Source: Octopus sinensis
Lineage: Eukaryota
DNA length: 64,000 nucleotides
Direction of reading: 5' to 3'
NCBI RefSeq assembly: GCF_006345805.1
Contig: NC_043001.1
Span: 120,280,001-120,344,000 of the forward strand
The position numbers and the translations under genes are program-made. The notes beneath the pieces are model-generated. The model saw nothing but the letters and a program-made list of their open reading frames with translations, ran no database searches and was not told the origin of the DNA. This document shows, in pieces, positions 24,764 through 36,809 of this stretch. Each line of letters begins with the position of its first letter. Positions within the stretch are counted from its first letter, which is position 1.

Positions 24764-25399
24764 TATGTATATTATATATATGTGTGTGTGTGTGTGTGTG
24801 TTGCAAACAACTTGCACATGCAAGTACTACCAGTCAAAAAACTCCGCATACCGGAAGCCAGCAAATTTATGGAGTCATCAGGAGAGAATGCGCGCCGTTT
24901 CGGGGCCTACCTCTCGACGGTACCAATGCGCACTCGCCACCCTCACTGATATGAGGCCCCGCTTGCTAGATCAGCTGGTTATCAAATAAATATATATTTG
25001 GTGTGTGTGTGTGCATGCGTGTGTATGTGTATGTATATATATATACACGACGGATTTCTTTCACTGACAAGGCTTTGGTCGGCTAAATCTTGTTCAGGGT
25101 TGCAAATATTTATGGCCAAGTGTCCGTCTTAAGATACACTTTTACTGTACTGTGATGTCAGCACCAGTCATGCAAATTAATGACTATCATTTTCAAATCA
25201 CCCCCCCCCCCCGGATTATGGGAAGTGCCTGAATGCCAGACAAGTGAGCTTCGTCCTCACTATTTTGGCGCTCGAATGTAATATTTGAACTCAGAAAGGC
25301 ATAAAATTAATATTTTCTTTTTCTTTTGTCTTCAGCCAACAGGGTCATGTGACCGAAGCTTGCTCGGACTATCGAGGTATTTAGGCAGAGAGCTTAAGA

Positions 25400-25555
25400 G
25401 GCCTCACTCTGAACGGGGTGCCTTTCTGTCAAACCGTTCAGCTCAAATGCCGCTGGCACTCTTTTACACCGACTTTATTGAAGCAACATCAAATGAAACA
25501 CTTTGCTCAAGAATAAAACACGCTGCCTAGTTCAAGAATCGAAACCACAACCGGA
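25400..25555 (-). mobile_element. Old tRNA-headed SINE fragment
   Basis: Minus: ggtttcgattcttgaactaggcagcgtg...tcttgagcaaagtgtttc (B-box-like plus CORE-like block). Confidence 0.5.
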
Positions 25556-26040
25556 CTGTCGATATCACAACACTCGAGAATTAAGCTGCGTGTTTTCCCA
25601 TAAAACAAAATACTGCAAGGTATTCACCTCAGCGCTTTACAGTTCTATCAACTAATCACGTTTTCTTCTGTCTGTTCTATTAATTGGCTCTGAATCGACT
25701 ACCTTTCGTCGCTGTTCAGAAATCGTAATTGATTGAATATTTATTAGTTCCGATTGATTAATATGGTTTGGGTAATACGCATCAATTTTAAATCAATTTC
25801 TACGAGAATGACGTCAGTATATTTGACACTTAAAATGTTCATCATATCGTTTGTTGTAGCAGTCGCCTCCGAATGTAATTCTGTAGATAACGCTCAAACA
25901 CACGCGCACGCGCAAGCACACGCATACTCGCACACATGCACGCGCACACACAGAAACATGCACACACATAGCTTACATTATATATTTATCCATGTATGCA
26001 TATGTATACATATATACAGATATATATATATATATATAAT

Positions 26041-26236
26041 AAATATTAGGAAATAAATCCAAATTTACAGGGAAAAAAATCAGATTTAGGATTAAATCCA
26101 ATTTTATAGTAAAATATTATATAATATTATTAGAGACAAAACCACTATTTTGCAAAACAAACAAGGAAAGACTTAATCAATACATACAATTTTAATAAAA
26201 AGTCAAAATAGTGGTTTTGTCTCTAATAATATTATA
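26041..26236. repeat. Dispersed (TA)n-edge repeat family D with 32-bp inverted duplication
   Basis: tattagg(g/a)aataaatccaaatttacaggg...gatttaggatt...agagacaaaaccact also at 31311-31435 and 60273-60428. 26120-26151 is inverted at 26205-26236. Confidence 0.8.
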
Positions 26237-26240
26237 TATA

Positions 26241-26271
<31 letters not shown>

Positions 26272-26353
26272 ATATTAGGGTAATAAGAATTATAGAATTT
26301 TTTTATTACCAGTGGCCTAGCGCAAAAAAATTTAGTCAATAGACTATATATTA

Positions 26354-26360
<7 letters not shown>
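26272..26360 (-). repeat. Dispersed repeat homologous to 63220-63308 and 63674-63760
   Basis: tattaccagtggcctagc(g/a)caaaaa..ttagtca..agactatatattattca is the reverse complement of those segments. Confidence 0.8.
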
Positions 26361-26392
<32 letters not shown>

Positions 26393-26395
<3 letters not shown>

Positions 26396-26564
26396 CGTAG
26401 GAGTGGCTGTGTGGTAAGTAGCTTGCTTACCAACCACATGGTTCCGGGTTCAGTCCCACTGCATGGCACCTTGAGTAAGTATCTTCTACTATAACCTCGA
26501 GCCGACCAAAGCCTTGTGAGTGGATTTGGTAGAAAGAATCCCGTCGTATATATGTATATATATA

Positions 26565-26623
<59 letters not shown>

Positions 26624-26828
26624 AGTATATGTTTGTGTGTCTGTGCCCCCTCCCACCAACATGGTGTTGTGTTTACGTCCCTGTAACTTAGTGGTTCGGC
26701 AAAAGGGACCGATAGAATAAGTACGAGGCTTACAAAGAATAAGTCCTGGGGTCGACTTGCTCAACTAAAGGCGGTACTCCAGCATGGCCACAGTCAAATG
26801 ACTGAAACAAGTAAAAGAGTAAAAGAGT
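26393..26828 (+). mobile_element. Full-length SINE family B with expanded internal (TA)n
   Basis: ggcgtaggagtggctgtgtggtaag head through ctgaaacaagtaaaagagtaaaagagt tail. Confidence 0.95.
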
Positions 26829-27409
26829 ATACACACACATACATTTATATATAATATATACATATATATATGTGTGTGTGTGTGCATGCACACAGACACA
26901 TACACATATTTATATATATTTGACAATTTGATAATTTTATCCAATAGACAAATAGAGGAAACCGCAAGTACTTTTTAGAAGAAAATTCTCTCATGAAACA
27001 CATGAAATTCTGAAGAAACGTACACAGTCACTCATAGTAAACACACTCGTATACACAAGAATATATACGTATGTGTGGAAATAAATTTACACACACATAT
27101 GGGTACAAATGCATGGGTGTATATACATATATACATACATGTAATACGTATGGGCGTATATGATAGTAGAGCGCGTGCGTGCATATCTATGCGAATGTGT
27201 GTTTAATTTTATCAGAATTTCATTGGTTTCATGTGATCAAATTTTGTGTAAACGTTTTATGTATACAGACAACGTAAAAACAAATGTAAAGAAACCTAAA
27301 CGAAATAGCATTATTTATTTAATGAAGTAAAAAGAGAACAGAAAAATAATGATACTTCGAACTAATCACATACATACATGTCAGTGTATGTGTGTGTGTA
27401 CGTATATAA

Positions 27410-27427
27410 GTAGATAGATAGAGAGAT

Positions 27428-27500
<73 letters not shown>

Positions 27501-27504
27501 TAGA

Positions 27505-27552
<48 letters not shown>

Positions 27553-27559
27553 TAGATAT

Positions 27560-27600
<41 letters not shown>

Positions 27601-27605
27601 CAGAC

Positions 27606-27647
<42 letters not shown>

Positions 27648-27648
27648 T

Positions 27649-27688
<40 letters not shown>

Positions 27689-27714
27689 CAGATAGATAGA
27701 TAGATAGATAGATA

Positions 27715-27805
<91 letters not shown>
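27410..27805. repeat. (TAGA)n/(CAGA)n/(GA)n array
   Basis: Direct reading. Confidence 0.97.
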
Positions 27806-27807
<2 letters not shown>

Positions 27808-28129
27808 AGTTACAGAATGTCAATAGTAATATAACATGATTACCAAACATTGGTTATATCGGTTACGATGAAGATATACACACACACTGTACAATATATT
27901 ATATATTGCTATAACTATATTTGCATTTATGTATACAGGTATGTATGTAATATATGTATATATACAAATATGCATGCTTGTATGTAAATATGTAAGCGTG
28001 TACATATACATATCATATATATGTGTGTATATGTATATGTACACATACGTTCATACATGCTTATATATATATCTATATATTTATATATATATATATAATA
28101 TATATATATATAAATATATATAATATAGT

Positions 28130-29175
28130 AGGAATTTACAAAAAAAGAAAAAAAACGAAGACGGGTGTGTAAACAAGAAACAGATGTATTAGTTTAACAC
28201 CCGGGAAGTGAGAAAGTCTTTTACCTTTCGAACCTATGCTCTTCTGCAGAACGAAACACAGAACTAAGCAGAGAGGGAAAATATAAAAAAAAAGTTTAGT
28301 GGCTAGCGATCAATCATGGCGAATCCTGGACAGAGGTGGTCAGACAGGAGAGCTAGGAAGAAGGGGAGATAAAATAAAGTAGTGTTGATCCCAAAACAAA
28401 GGTGTGCGTGCGTGTATATGCGTGTGGATAGGGGTGTCGTTGCCTAGTCTGATGTCTCGGAGGTGTTCCGCGAACCGTTCAGCCAAGCGGCATCCCGTTT
28501 GACCGATGTGCAAAGAAGGACTGAGTGAGCAGGAGATGCAGTAGATGAATTTCTAGAAGTGCAGGTGAAGGAGTTAGTGATATGATAGGATCGATGATGG
28601 GTACCGGTGAAGATGGTGGTGTTGGAGAGGTAAGGGAAAGTGCGGCAGCGTGGGTGGGAGCAGGGGATCGAGCCGGGTTGGGAGGTTGGGTTAGGGAAGA
28701 AACTTTTGACCAGGAGGTCACGTAGGTTGTGGGCTCGCTTGAAGGAGGGGAGGGGTCAGTTAGAGAAGATGTGCGAAGTGAAGGGGTCGGATTGGAGACG
28801 CCGGAGAGCTCTAAGAATGGTGCGTTGGAGAGGTAGGATGGAGGGTGGTAGGTGAGGGGAAACGTGAGACGAGTGACGGCGGGCAGGTGCGGGGGGAGAG
28901 AGCAGATGCACGTTCCACGGAACGTGCTCGGGCAAGGGCGGTGTGGATAGTGGTGAGGGGAAATCCACGTAGGATGAAGTGGTGAGCCATGAGTTGAGAC
29001 TGAGTCTCAAAGTCATGGTTGTCACTGCAGAGCCTACGCAGACGAAGGAATTGGGAATAGGGGATGGAGAGCTTGGTATGTATAGAATGGGAGGAGGAAA
29101 AATTGAGGTATGAGTGTGAGTGTGTGTGTTTGTAGTGGATGGAGGTGGTGAGAGTGGAGTGATGAATGCTTGACA
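28130..29175 (-). mobile_element. 5'-truncated Penelope-like element: RT C-terminus, GIY-YIG and 3' terminal repeat (pLTR about 28130-28322)
   Basis: TSIHYKHTHSHSYLNFSSSH..KLSIPYSQFLRLRRLCS...RGFP; FKRAHNLRDLLV...GSIPCSHPRCRT...FTCTS. The pLTR carries a decayed hammerhead in the sense orientation. Confidence 0.9.
28218..28251 (-). ncRNA. Decayed hammerhead motif in PLE terminal repeat
   Basis: Minus: tt-CTGCAGA-A-GAGC-atag-GTTC-GAAA-g-GTA-aaag. Confidence 0.55.
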
Positions 29176-29924
29176 TGTATTTATATATTTATATACATAT
29201 ATAGATATATTTAGTTGCTCACGTTTATGTGTGTTTGCTTGTGTATGTGGGTGTGTGCACTTTTGCTGCGTATATGTTCGTGCGTTTGTGTTCGAATCCT
29301 TTCAAACGGAAATGAAGATAACAGAAACTGAAAGTTCCGAAAATTCCTTGAAATGTACATGATGAATAATTACGGTTGACAGTATACTGTAGGTGTATAT
29401 TCCAGCGTTTCGTTGCTATAGTTACTTAGCTGATTCATTTGCTATTTCAGCATGTAGTGAAACGTGATGTCACAACAGCTTCAATCAAATTAACTAGTTT
29501 AATGTTAGTTATCGTGCTTTCTGCACACTGAGCATGATGTGTGCAAAATATGTTGTACATCAATCACTGCATGGTGTCACAACATCGCTGAAAGTCTTTG
29601 TTCGGTTCGAGTTCTGATTGATTTGTTTTTTTATTTCCCGTCTAAATCTAAATCAATTTCTTGTATATTGTTGTAGCTATCATAGGACTACGCATAAATG
29701 AGTGTTTATCATTTCTTCTGAAATCCTGGTATATTTGAAAATTTGTTATATACATTTTGTTTCGCATCCCTATTTTAAGTACTTTGCCCAGCCCTTTGTC
29801 TCCCCTTCTACATCGTGCTGTCCATTTTCTCTAGGTTTAATGGTCTTTATAACATATATTCTCTCCTTTGATTAATACGATTTCATCCTTGTACGGTAGT
29901 TACAAAGCCTGAACATTTGCAAGA

Positions 29925-30093
29925 GGGTACTAGCCGATTACATCGACTACCGTGCTCCACTGGCTCTTATTTTATCGACCCGAAAGGATAAAAGGCAAAG
30001 CTGACGTAGCCAGACTTTGAACAGAAAACGCAAAGACAAAAGAAATGCCGCTAAGCATTTCGTCCGTTGTAGTAACGGTGCTTCCAACTCGCC
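29925..30093 (-). mobile_element. SINE family A, diverged
   Basis: ttttatcgacccgaaaggataaaaggcaaag...aaatgccgctaagcatttcg. Confidence 0.85.
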
Positions 30094-30631
30094 AAATTCA
30101 TTCATACTATTTTACTAACTTAATGTTAAGTGAGGCGGACCTGCTGTATGTTAGAGTGATTTTTTTTCTTGGAATTCACTTTCATAGTGTTAAAAATGTA
30201 CGTTCGATATATTGACTCTGCGTGCTCTATGTAAGGTGTCCTTTGAATATATTTTAATTAGGAGCAGAATAGAGCTACAACATGAATCAGAAGAGGCAAA
30301 AACAGGGGAGTATGTTCGGAATGGAAATATAGTTGCAGAGTATTGGTGATTGATAGCATTCGTACGTCACAGAGAAGGTGAAAGGAAAAGAAAAGTTTGA
30401 CTGAATGATCGATTTACTGATTGATTGAAGAAGCAAAAACATGCAATGTTACTGAATGTTTGGTTATCAAAATTCTTGTAATTTTTTAGAATCATCTTTC
30501 CTTTTCTTCATGTTTGTGATTTTTCTTTTTTTTTTTTTTTTTGAGACATATTGTCTCGAAAAGTTCATTGTTCAGTCTGTCATTGCATCCTCTCTTTGAG
30601 CAAAAATGTGGTATGCTACGATTTGAGAAAT

Positions 30632-30990
30632 TTCTTGTGCCAAAATTTGAAACCAATATTACATTTGGATAGAACAGAATTCTTAGCGCACCAGCAAAAA
30701 TGCTTAGAGGCATTTCGTCCGTCTTTAGGCTCTGAGTTATAATTCCACCGAGGTCGACTTTGTCTTCTACCATTTCGGGGTCGATAAAATAAGTATTAAT
30801 TGAGCACTGGAGTTGATATACACGACCTTACCCGAAATCCCCCGCCTCGTGGAAAATTTTGAAACAAATATTACATTTGAAGGTGCAGGATTGTTACAGT
30901 TGTTAGAGTGTTGGATAGGCTGCTTCACGATATTTGCTGATTTTTTGCGTTGTGAGTTCAGAACCCGCCATGGTTAACATTATTTTTCGT
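30632..30990 (+). mobile_element. Tandem SINE family A copies and fragments
   Basis: Tail fragment, then a near-full copy (30670-30875), then a degenerate copy. The junction motif aatattacatttg is repeated at about 30655 and 30868. Confidence 0.75.
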
Positions 30991-31310
30991 CCTTTCAAGA
31001 ACTATAGAAAATCACAAGTTCACGGCAGTGTATTAGTAGAATCGTTAAAGCGTCGGATGGAACGCGTTGTTGCAACAGTAAGAAACTGCGACATTTCTGT
31101 CTGGAGTTACGATCAATAGAGAGCAGTAACAATTTCAAAAACCTTGATCTGATCGAAAGATCGGCTAGCATCATCACCACCAATAGTATTACATAAATAT
31201 TAATCAGTCTTTGCCATGACTCTTTATTCTAATTAACATTCTAAATTAAATGTTGCTTTCTAAGATTGTTTCATCGGCACTTCGTGTATATATATATATA
31301 TATAATAAGA

Positions 31311-31435
31311 TATTAGGGAATAAATCCAAACTTACAGGGAAAATCAGATTTAGGATTGAATCCAATTTTATAGTATAAATATGTTATATTATATTATATT
31401 AAATTAGAGATAAAACCACTATTAGGCAAATCAAA
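31311..31435. repeat. Dispersed repeat family D
   Basis: Homologous to 26041 and 60273. Confidence 0.8.
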
Positions 31436-32651
31436 CAGTGAAAAACATAAGCCAATACATAAAATTAACACTAGCTAAGTTAGTTGCACATTTGACGGCC
31501 CTAGTTACACGTCTTTTACAGTGTTCACTATCAACGCCACACAACTCCTTTCACTTATATCTATTATCATTCTGCAGCTTAAAAGCACCAAACTTAAACA
31601 CATGCAAAATTCCTTCATGTCTCGCTAGACATCTCTCGTTCTTCCAATGCTCTACATTTTTTAAACATTCACACACAAAGATAAAAATTAATTCTTATAC
31701 TCTCACTTTGCTTAGCACTTAACAATTCAAAATAAATTACTATGCTTTATAAACAAAACATACCTTCTCACATTTATTTCTATGTACACTTAATTCCACG
31801 TTATATTGTGACATTGTTATCTTCCAACGCATTACATTCGAACATGTTACAACTTTGAAATAACTTGCCTTCTGGATTTTCTTTACGCACACATTAAATT
31901 CATGACAACATATACGTTAAATTGATGACTACCAATCCACTAAACATTTTTATGAAGAACAATAATGTAGAAAAAGAAATGCAATAGTTAGAAGCTGTAA
32001 CCAATGTCATTTCATAAATTTGGTCTTTACTTGATGCTAAGCTTTAATACAAGTGGCCTTATTTCAATTCAGTACAAAGGTCTTTATTTTAAAATGACAA
32101 TTAAATAGAATTTGCACCACTCATGCATTTAGCAAAGTAAGGATCAATATAAAGGACGTTAATTTCCGTTAAAAAGAGAACCTAATTTAATGAGGATTAA
32201 TACTGCAAAACATCGTCCATTTTCTTTACAGCATTTGGCAAATGTTTATAACATGGATAGATTTTTTTTGATGCTATCGATGTTTTGAGAGATGTAGTGA
32301 ACTATTCTATTTTGACGCTTATACAATTCCCAAACACGTTAAAAGCGAAATTATATAAATTAGAATGAGCTGAAAATCGAACCTGAATCCCATTCTTGTC
32401 TCACAAGTGACATATTTATGTCTGCCAAGCTTTATCAATAAATTTTTTTTAATTTTGACACAACGTTAACAAATAAAAAAAGGGGTGAGTTAGTCGATTA
32501 CATGGACTTCAGTACTAGAATAATAGTTTATTTTATCGACCACAGAAAAATGGAAAGTAAAGTTGTATGCCACACAGTATTTTTCCTGTTGCTTAACGAG
32601 ATTTTAGGCTCAAAACGAGCCAAGGTAACAAATGCAAAGAATGGTATAGAA

Positions 32652-33056
32652 CAGAGGTTCTCAACATGGGCGGTACTGCCCCCAAGAGCCACTGGATAGG
32701 TGAAAGGGGGCGTTAGGTTGTAGGGAGGGGGGTTAAGTAACATACACATAATAAATTTTACTTATGGTAGTAATTATATTATACATGACAAAATTAGTAA
32801 TGGGTGTTAAAATAAAATGAGATCACATCAGACAGAGGGAAGTCATTAACTTGCAATGTGTAAAGTAAATTTACCGTTTTTGTCTTTATTAATTTAGCTG
32901 TTAAAAGCTTATACAGTCCATTTGTAGAGTAAAATTTATCATCCACGTTAAGTTAATTTAGTCTTGATACCACACTCGACACTTAGGAGGGTGCTAGTCA
33001 TAACAACTACTTTAAAGGAGTGGGGTGCAACAAAAATAAATGGTTAAGAACCACTG
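32652..33056. mobile_element. hAT (Charlie-like) MITE, 405 bp
   Basis: TIRs cagaggttctcaac / gttaagaaccactg; 8-bp TSD gtataga(a/c) at 32644-32651 and 33057-33064. Confidence 0.88.
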
Positions 33057-33899
33057 GTATAGACGGTAAATCAGTCCATTATTCATCTGGTACTTATTTT
33101 ATCGACCCAGAAGGATAAAATATAGTACTGTTGATATTTGAAACAGCAACGCAAAAAGGGAAAAAAACTATGAGGTAAAAGAAACCTCCTTCCACAGTTT
33201 ATGCGACTCTCAAATGACTCGGCCAATGCACCGCTGTTAGATTATAAATATTGATTCCTTGCAAAAGGAAAATGTATGACAGACCACTAAGTGACCACGC
33301 ATTTCACATGCACTCTTACAGCTAGTGTTAAATAAGGGACATCGTTACGTTAAGCAGATTAAAGACGAATTACCATTCTATTTGAAATTCCGCAAATTGC
33401 ACGAAGCGTATTACCATATTGTCTGTTCTATACTTCCACCTACCTCCTCTAGATGCCAAGAGAAATGCATGCAGTTTCTGTAAATCTTGTAGTCAAATAC
33501 TTTTATCCGCTTGGCTATTTCCTCTCGACGTTCAATGCATACAACGCCGAGAATAACTCCGCTTAGAAATATAGATATCTCAGTTATTGTTGAAATAGTC
33601 AATTACATCAAGCTCTTTATCACAAATCCTAACAATAAATATTTATATCAATATGGAAATAATACTATAGATGCACACACATTAACACAAACACACACAC
33701 ACGCACACAAACACACACACATCGACACACAATTTCATATACGTACATGCAAATTTTCTTGTGTTGTTTTATATTTGCGGGTGTGTGACTGTGTGAGTAT
33801 AGAAATATAGATAAATGAACAGATAGATGATGTCATGCTTACATTTATAAAATAAGTAAAAGGATATATGCATTAAAACGCTAAACTATTCCTATGGAT

Positions 33900-34031
<132 letters not shown>

Positions 34032-34199
34032 TGATTATTACAATAAAAGGACACTAACCATTATTACATTTCTTTATATTATTGTCTCAAATATGAATTC
34101 ATTTCGTGTTAGCAAGCTTTCACCGAGTCGGTTTATGCGAGTAATCTGATATTTACATACTATACATACATTCATACACACACACACACACACGCGCGC

Positions 34200-34282
<83 letters not shown>

Positions 34283-34283
34283 T

Positions 34284-34470
34284 CGCCATGATAGATCGGT
34301 AGCGACTACACACATTTTTTCTCTCCTTGTTTCTTTCTGTGTTCCTTTCAGTAGAGAGCGTAGGCTCGAAACGTAAAAGACCTTTTGAATTTCCGAGCGT
34401 TATACTAATACATCTGTTAGTTTTCTACACCACCTGTCTTCGTCTTTTGTTTTTTCGTGAATTCTCTGCA
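34284..34470 (+). mobile_element. Solo PLE terminal repeat inserted in (TA)n
   Basis: Reverse-complement homologue of 28130-28322 (cgccatgat..atc..tagc..cac; atacatctg; cttcgt). Hammerhead remnant cttt-CAGTAGA-GAGC-gtag-GCTC-GAAA-C-GTA-aaag at 34345-34379. Confidence 0.8.
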
Positions 34471-34519
34471 TATATCACTCTCTCCCTATATATATATATA
34501 TATATAATACATACACACT

Positions 34520-35660
34520 CACACGAAGGCGGGCTGAAAAGTTCATAGTCTGAATATTAAGGAATGATACTAGAGCTATGAAATCTTGCACGCATTAATT
34601 GCAACACTACTAATTAATAACGCCATTGTATTGTTTCTTTCCAGTCAAACTAACATTTAGCTGAAAGAAGATTTCAGAAGTAACTAGTAGCGACCTTTCT
34701 TGAAAATGGACAAAATTTGGCATTGCCGTGTTATCAAGTAACTGGAGAAAAAGGTTTTAACTCTCAAGAACATTCAGGTTGGTATGGTTGCGACATTAGG
34801 GGATGACGCTCCAGCTTTATCGGCTGTGCAAAAGTGGGCAGCTGAATTTAGAAGAGAAAGAGATAACCTTGAAGATGACCCGAGGTCTGGACGTCCTGCA
34901 ACTGCTACCACCGAGAAAAACATTGACTGTGTTCACAACATGTTGATGGATGACAGACAATTGACTATGAATCAAATAGTCAATGTTATTAACATAACCT
35001 GTGAGAAAGTTAAGAATATTCTGAACAATGAACTTGGCAAGACGAAGGTTTCTGCTTGGTGGGTGCCACGTCTTCTGATACGTAATCAAAAATGCACCAG
35101 TCTGATCACATCACAGAGAAACCTCATATCTTTAAAAGCAGCTCCAGCTGATTTCCTAGAATCTTTCCTAAGCCAGGATGACTGTTTTGATTCATCACTT
35201 TGAACCATAGGCAAAGAGACAATCCATGCAGTGGACACACTTCTCACCTATTCTAAAGAAGGTCAAGATCATTTCATTTGCAGGGAAGGTGATGGCCTTA
35301 GTTTTTGACAGGAAAAATTACTGTGTTATTGACTATCTTCAAAAGGGCTATAAAATCAGTCAAGTGTACTATGCCAACATAGTAAGGTAAACGCCCAGGA
35401 AGACAGGCGGAAGGAGTCTGACTTCATCAGGACAATACTCCTGCACACATCAATGACTGATGTGTGTGGCTATGGCTTTCAACTCGTTGATAACGCCCCA
35501 TTTTCTCCCTATTTGGCCGCACGTGACTATTAGCTGGTGACCAATATGAATTAACACTTGGCTGGGAAGCAGTATCGCAGTGATGATGGCGCCATATCTG
35601 CTATCGATTACTCTCATGAAAGCTTCTTCACCACAAGGATCCAAGCACAGCAACACCTAT
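34520..35660 (+). mobile_element. Mariner (Mos1/Hsmar-like) transposon, pseudogenised, right end lost
   Basis: Left TIR-like cacgaaggcgggctgaaaagttcatag. ATG at 34706 (MDKIWHCRVIK..), LEDDPRSGRP, VSAWWVPRLL, later LHQDN/YRSDDGAIS remnants with frameshifts. Confidence 0.9.
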
Positions 35661-35679
35661 TAAAGAATTGCTTTAAATT

Positions 35680-36175
35680 ATTTTGTGTATTTCTAGTGTT
35701 TGTTTTATTCTTGGGTCTTCTCTCAGGAGGGGAATTTCCTGGTGGCTAATCTTATAGACCTTTGTGTTTTTGAGTTATGTGCTGTAATAAAGAGTAGAGG
35801 TGTAGGTGCAATGGCCTCTAGTGTAGTTGTTGTTTTAATTCCTGGAGTCTTTTATTGCGAGTTTTAACGTTTCAAACAATTGTGCAGATTCTTCTTACTA
35901 GATTAAAAGGAATATTAGTCTTCGTGTGTTTGGTATGGCATGAGGAGAACAGCAGGAATTTTTCAGAATCTACTGGTTTGTAATAAATATTTTGTTTCAA
36001 GATTTTTGCCTGTTTTGGTGATTAGAATGTCTAGGAAGGGTAGTTAAGTTTTACTGCATTTCGTGGTGAAGTTGGTAGTACTGTTTATGCTGTTAATTAA
36101 ATTTTTGAATTCAATAAGTTGATCAAACTTTTGCGTTTCCGGTTTTCTAGTAGATATTTATGGAAGTCCAAGCCA
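35680..36175 (-). mobile_element. Penelope-like RT C-terminal fragment
   Basis: Minus: LDFHKYLLEN..; IYYKPVDSEKFLLFSSCHTKHTKTNIPFNLVRRICTIV; homologous to the 46437-47009 ORF. Confidence 0.85.
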
Positions 36176-36274
36176 TACAGTTCTATATTTGAGAGATGAG
36201 GAATTATGTACATTATTTACATTATTTACATTATTTACATTTCACGGATATTAGTCCTCATTTTGTTTGTTATT

Positions 36275-36320
36275 AACACAACGTTTCGGCTGATATACCC
36301 TCCAGCCTTCATCAGGTGTC
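36275..36320 (-). ncRNA. Complete minimal type-I hammerhead ribozyme
   Basis: Minus: GACAC-CTGATGA-A-GGCTG-gagggtatat-CAGCC-GAAA-C-GTT^-GTGTT. Stem I has 5 bp (one G-U), stem II has 5 bp, the core is intact with an extra A after A9, and helix III is the loopless ACGU palindrome. Predicted cleavage between 36280 and 36279. Confidence 0.85.
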
Positions 36321-36367
36321 TTGGGGAAATTTCGAATCTGGGTTCTCATTCCTAAGGTATTTTTCGA

Positions 36368-36369
<2 letters not shown>

Positions 36370-36446
<77 letters not shown>
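36370..36446. repeat. (ATT)n microsatellite internal to the composite element
   Basis: Direct reading. Confidence 0.97.
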
Positions 36447-36449
<3 letters not shown>

Positions 36450-36809
36450 ATCACTTCTTGGAATCGAACTCGAAATCTTGGGGTTAGTCGCCTGCGCTCA
36501 TAACATCATATGCCCGAAAACTAAGCATGATTATGAGTAGGAAAATGAGAGCAATATCGATAATAATTGCTGATTCCTGAGTTCAGGTGTGTACGTATTC
36601 AGGATTTCAATGGATAGAACTATTTTGGAATGTTTGAAGGGGATGTAGACAGAAGCCGATGGACTTTATAGCATATATCGAGGTTTTGTAACAATTCTTA
36701 ACAGAAGTGTGATGGGTAATAACATATGTAATTATTAAACAATACCATAAAGTAAAAATTGCCATAATTGGATAGTTGGCTCCACGAGCTTTATTCGGAC
36801 ACACTACAG

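Larger units (their letters stand above)
36180..36516 (-). mobile_element. Composite SINE-like element: tRNA-like head, (AAT)n, body, hammerhead ribozyme, (TGTAAATAA)n tail
   Basis: Minus: gggcatatg..ttatgagcgcaggcgactaaccccaagatttcGAGTTCGATTCC (B box), then (AAT)n 36446-36370, then the hammerhead 36320-36275, then 9-nt tandem repeats 36242-36207. Confidence 0.7.

Noticed and set aside
24870-24975. GAAAC and CTGATGA on the minus strand with a cggggcct/aggccccg stem
   Set aside because: The order and pairing fit no type I, II or III hammerhead topology, and there is no NUH after helix III.
33444-33561. 118-nt minus-strand exon candidate (GVILGVVCIERREEIAKRIK...)
   Set aside because: The donor is strong but the acceptor is poor, and there is no recognisable domain.
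36445-36516. Functional tRNA gene
   Set aside because: The D-arm/A-box is partly deleted and the acceptor stem does not close; it is a SINE-type head. The same applies to SINE A and B heads.
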